56,119 nt of DNA from a virus (Duplodnaviria > Caudoviricetes): positions 1-56,119 of the IMG/VR virus record IMGVR_UViG_3300036820_000642. One strand, written 5' to 3'. Under the pieces are notes generated by a model that was not told the DNA's origin, searched no databases, and saw only the letters and a list, made by a program, of their open reading frames with translations. Positions 54,986 through 56,119 of this stretch are shown here, piece by piece; position 1 is the first letter of the stretch, and every line of letters starts with the position of its first letter. Position numbers and translations under genes: made by a program.

Positions 54986-56119
54986 TCAGCCTACCGCAGA
55001 CAAGACATGCTTGCCATTCGACCGTGATCCGAATGGCAGCACTTGCGCGCCGGAAGGCGGCGCAGCATCCGGCACCGCGAAACCATACATGGTTTCCTCC
55101 ACCAGATACTCATTCAGGAAGTCCCGTTCCTCATCCACCCCGATATACGTGAGTGTCTGCCGGATATCCTTGTGGTTCAGTTTCGCCTTCACCATCATCA
55201 GGGCCTGGTCGTTGCCCTTGGTCCCGGCGAGGTGCTTGAGCATCGCCCTCGCCCCGGAACGGCGCAGCATATGCATGCCCTCACGCATGTGCGTGACACT
55301 GTCCCCGTTGCCGCCAGGGGTTTCTATGCCCATCTCGTCAAGGACGTACTTAACCACATACTCCATGCGCTTATACGGCATGTCGGGGTGGATTTTCTTG
55401 TATGCGTTAGGGCTGGTACCGCCGTGGGCGGTAAGCCGCGGAATGAGGTACCACTCCGGGTGAGCTTTGATCATTTCTTCCGGTGTCGCGAAACCCTGAT
55501 CAGTCGCATACCAGGACAGCCAGTCCATCAATTCCGTGAACCAGTACGGATCGAAACGGTCTAGTGTCCACCGCCGCGTTTTCACCCGGTACAGGAGTAC
55601 CGTGCGCGCCTCAAGGTCCAGTTTCTCTAGCCGGATGAACGAGACCTCGGATTCACGGGCCAGCGTTGATAGCGTCATGGCGACGACTGCGCGGCGCTGC
55701 TGATGACTCTTCCCCGCGACCTCAAGCGCCTCCGGAATGCGATCCTCGGGCATCCGGTACCTGGGGGCGGGCTCGTATTTGACGCGCTTACGGCCGGCTA
55801 GGGCATCGTCTGCGTCGTCGCGGTCAACGAAGCGGCGGCGCACACACCATTTCAACCAGGCCCGGACGGCGACAAGGAGCTGATTGCGGGATGCGTGCTG
55901 ATCAGTGCCGTACGAGTTGAACACGTCGGCTATGTGCCCGGTGTGGATGTCGCACACCATCAGGCCCTTACGGGAGACGCTGCACACCCTGTCCAGGCGG
56001 CGGATGTACCCGATGTAGGCACGGACTGTGCTCGCGGACCCTAGCTCCGATTCGAGCTGGGCTTCCCACTCGGGGATGCTGTCAGCTACGCTGATTTTCG
56101 TTATTGTTCGGGAGGACAT
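54986..56119 (-). CDS. int: Tyrosine recombinase / integrase
   Basis: Catalytic R (LARESE), K (RVKT), H-x-x-R (HMLRR), H (LNH), Y (TLTYI). Confidence 0.88.
   Translation of the reverse strand: MSSRTITKISVADSIPEWEAQLESELGSASTVRAYIGYIRRLDRVCSVSRKGLMVCDIHTGHIADVFNSYGTDQHASRNQLLVAVRAWLKWCVRRRFVDRDDADDALAGRKRVKYEPAPRYRMPEDRIPEALEVAGKSHQQRRAVVAMTLSTLARESEVSFIRLEKLDLEARTVLLYRVKTRRWTLDRFDPYWFTELMDWLSWYATDQGFATPEEMIKAHPEWYLIPRLTAHGGTSPNAYKKIHPDMPYKRMEYVVKYVLDEMGIETPGGNGDSVTHMREGMHMLRRSGARAMLKHLAGTKGNDQALMMVKAKLNHKDIRQTLTYIGVDEERDFLNEYLVEETMYGFAVPDAAPPSGAQVLPFGSRSNGKHVLSAVG
56088..56119. repeat. Terminal direct repeat / circular assembly overlap (copy 2)
   Basis: Identical to 1-32. Confidence 0.95.

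Overview
The window is an apparently complete, circularly assembled ~56.1 kb high-GC actinobacteriophage genome (siphovirus-like, probably temperate); bases 1-32 are repeated at 56088-56119. Modules in order: (1) a rightward DNA-metabolism arm with a Cas4/RecB-like exonuclease split into two distant genes, DnaB-like helicase, Holliday junction resolvase, RNA ligase, split primase, metallophosphoesterase and a sigma-like protein, but no recognisable DNA polymerase; (2) a leftward 'early' arm (13.5-21.2 kb) whose small genes sit behind a shared start-associated motif, are separated by long RNA hairpins, and are driven by a strong promoter with an rrn-like boxB/boxA leader; (3) membrane and coiled-coil genes, then a compact non-coding RNA array (initiator-like tRNA-CAT, an 84-nt tmRNA tRNA-like domain with no mRNA domain, an anticodon-less tRNA and unknown structured RNAs); (4) packaging, head, tail and lysis genes; (5) an XRE/DUF5753 + DUF397 regulator pair and a tyrosine recombinase. 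The best candidates for new biology are the tRNA/tmRNA-mimic array, the processed early-cassette operon with an anti-RBS element in its leader, and the split Cas4 interrupted by an expanded paralog family. All assignments come from reading motifs by eye; no database search or folding program was run.
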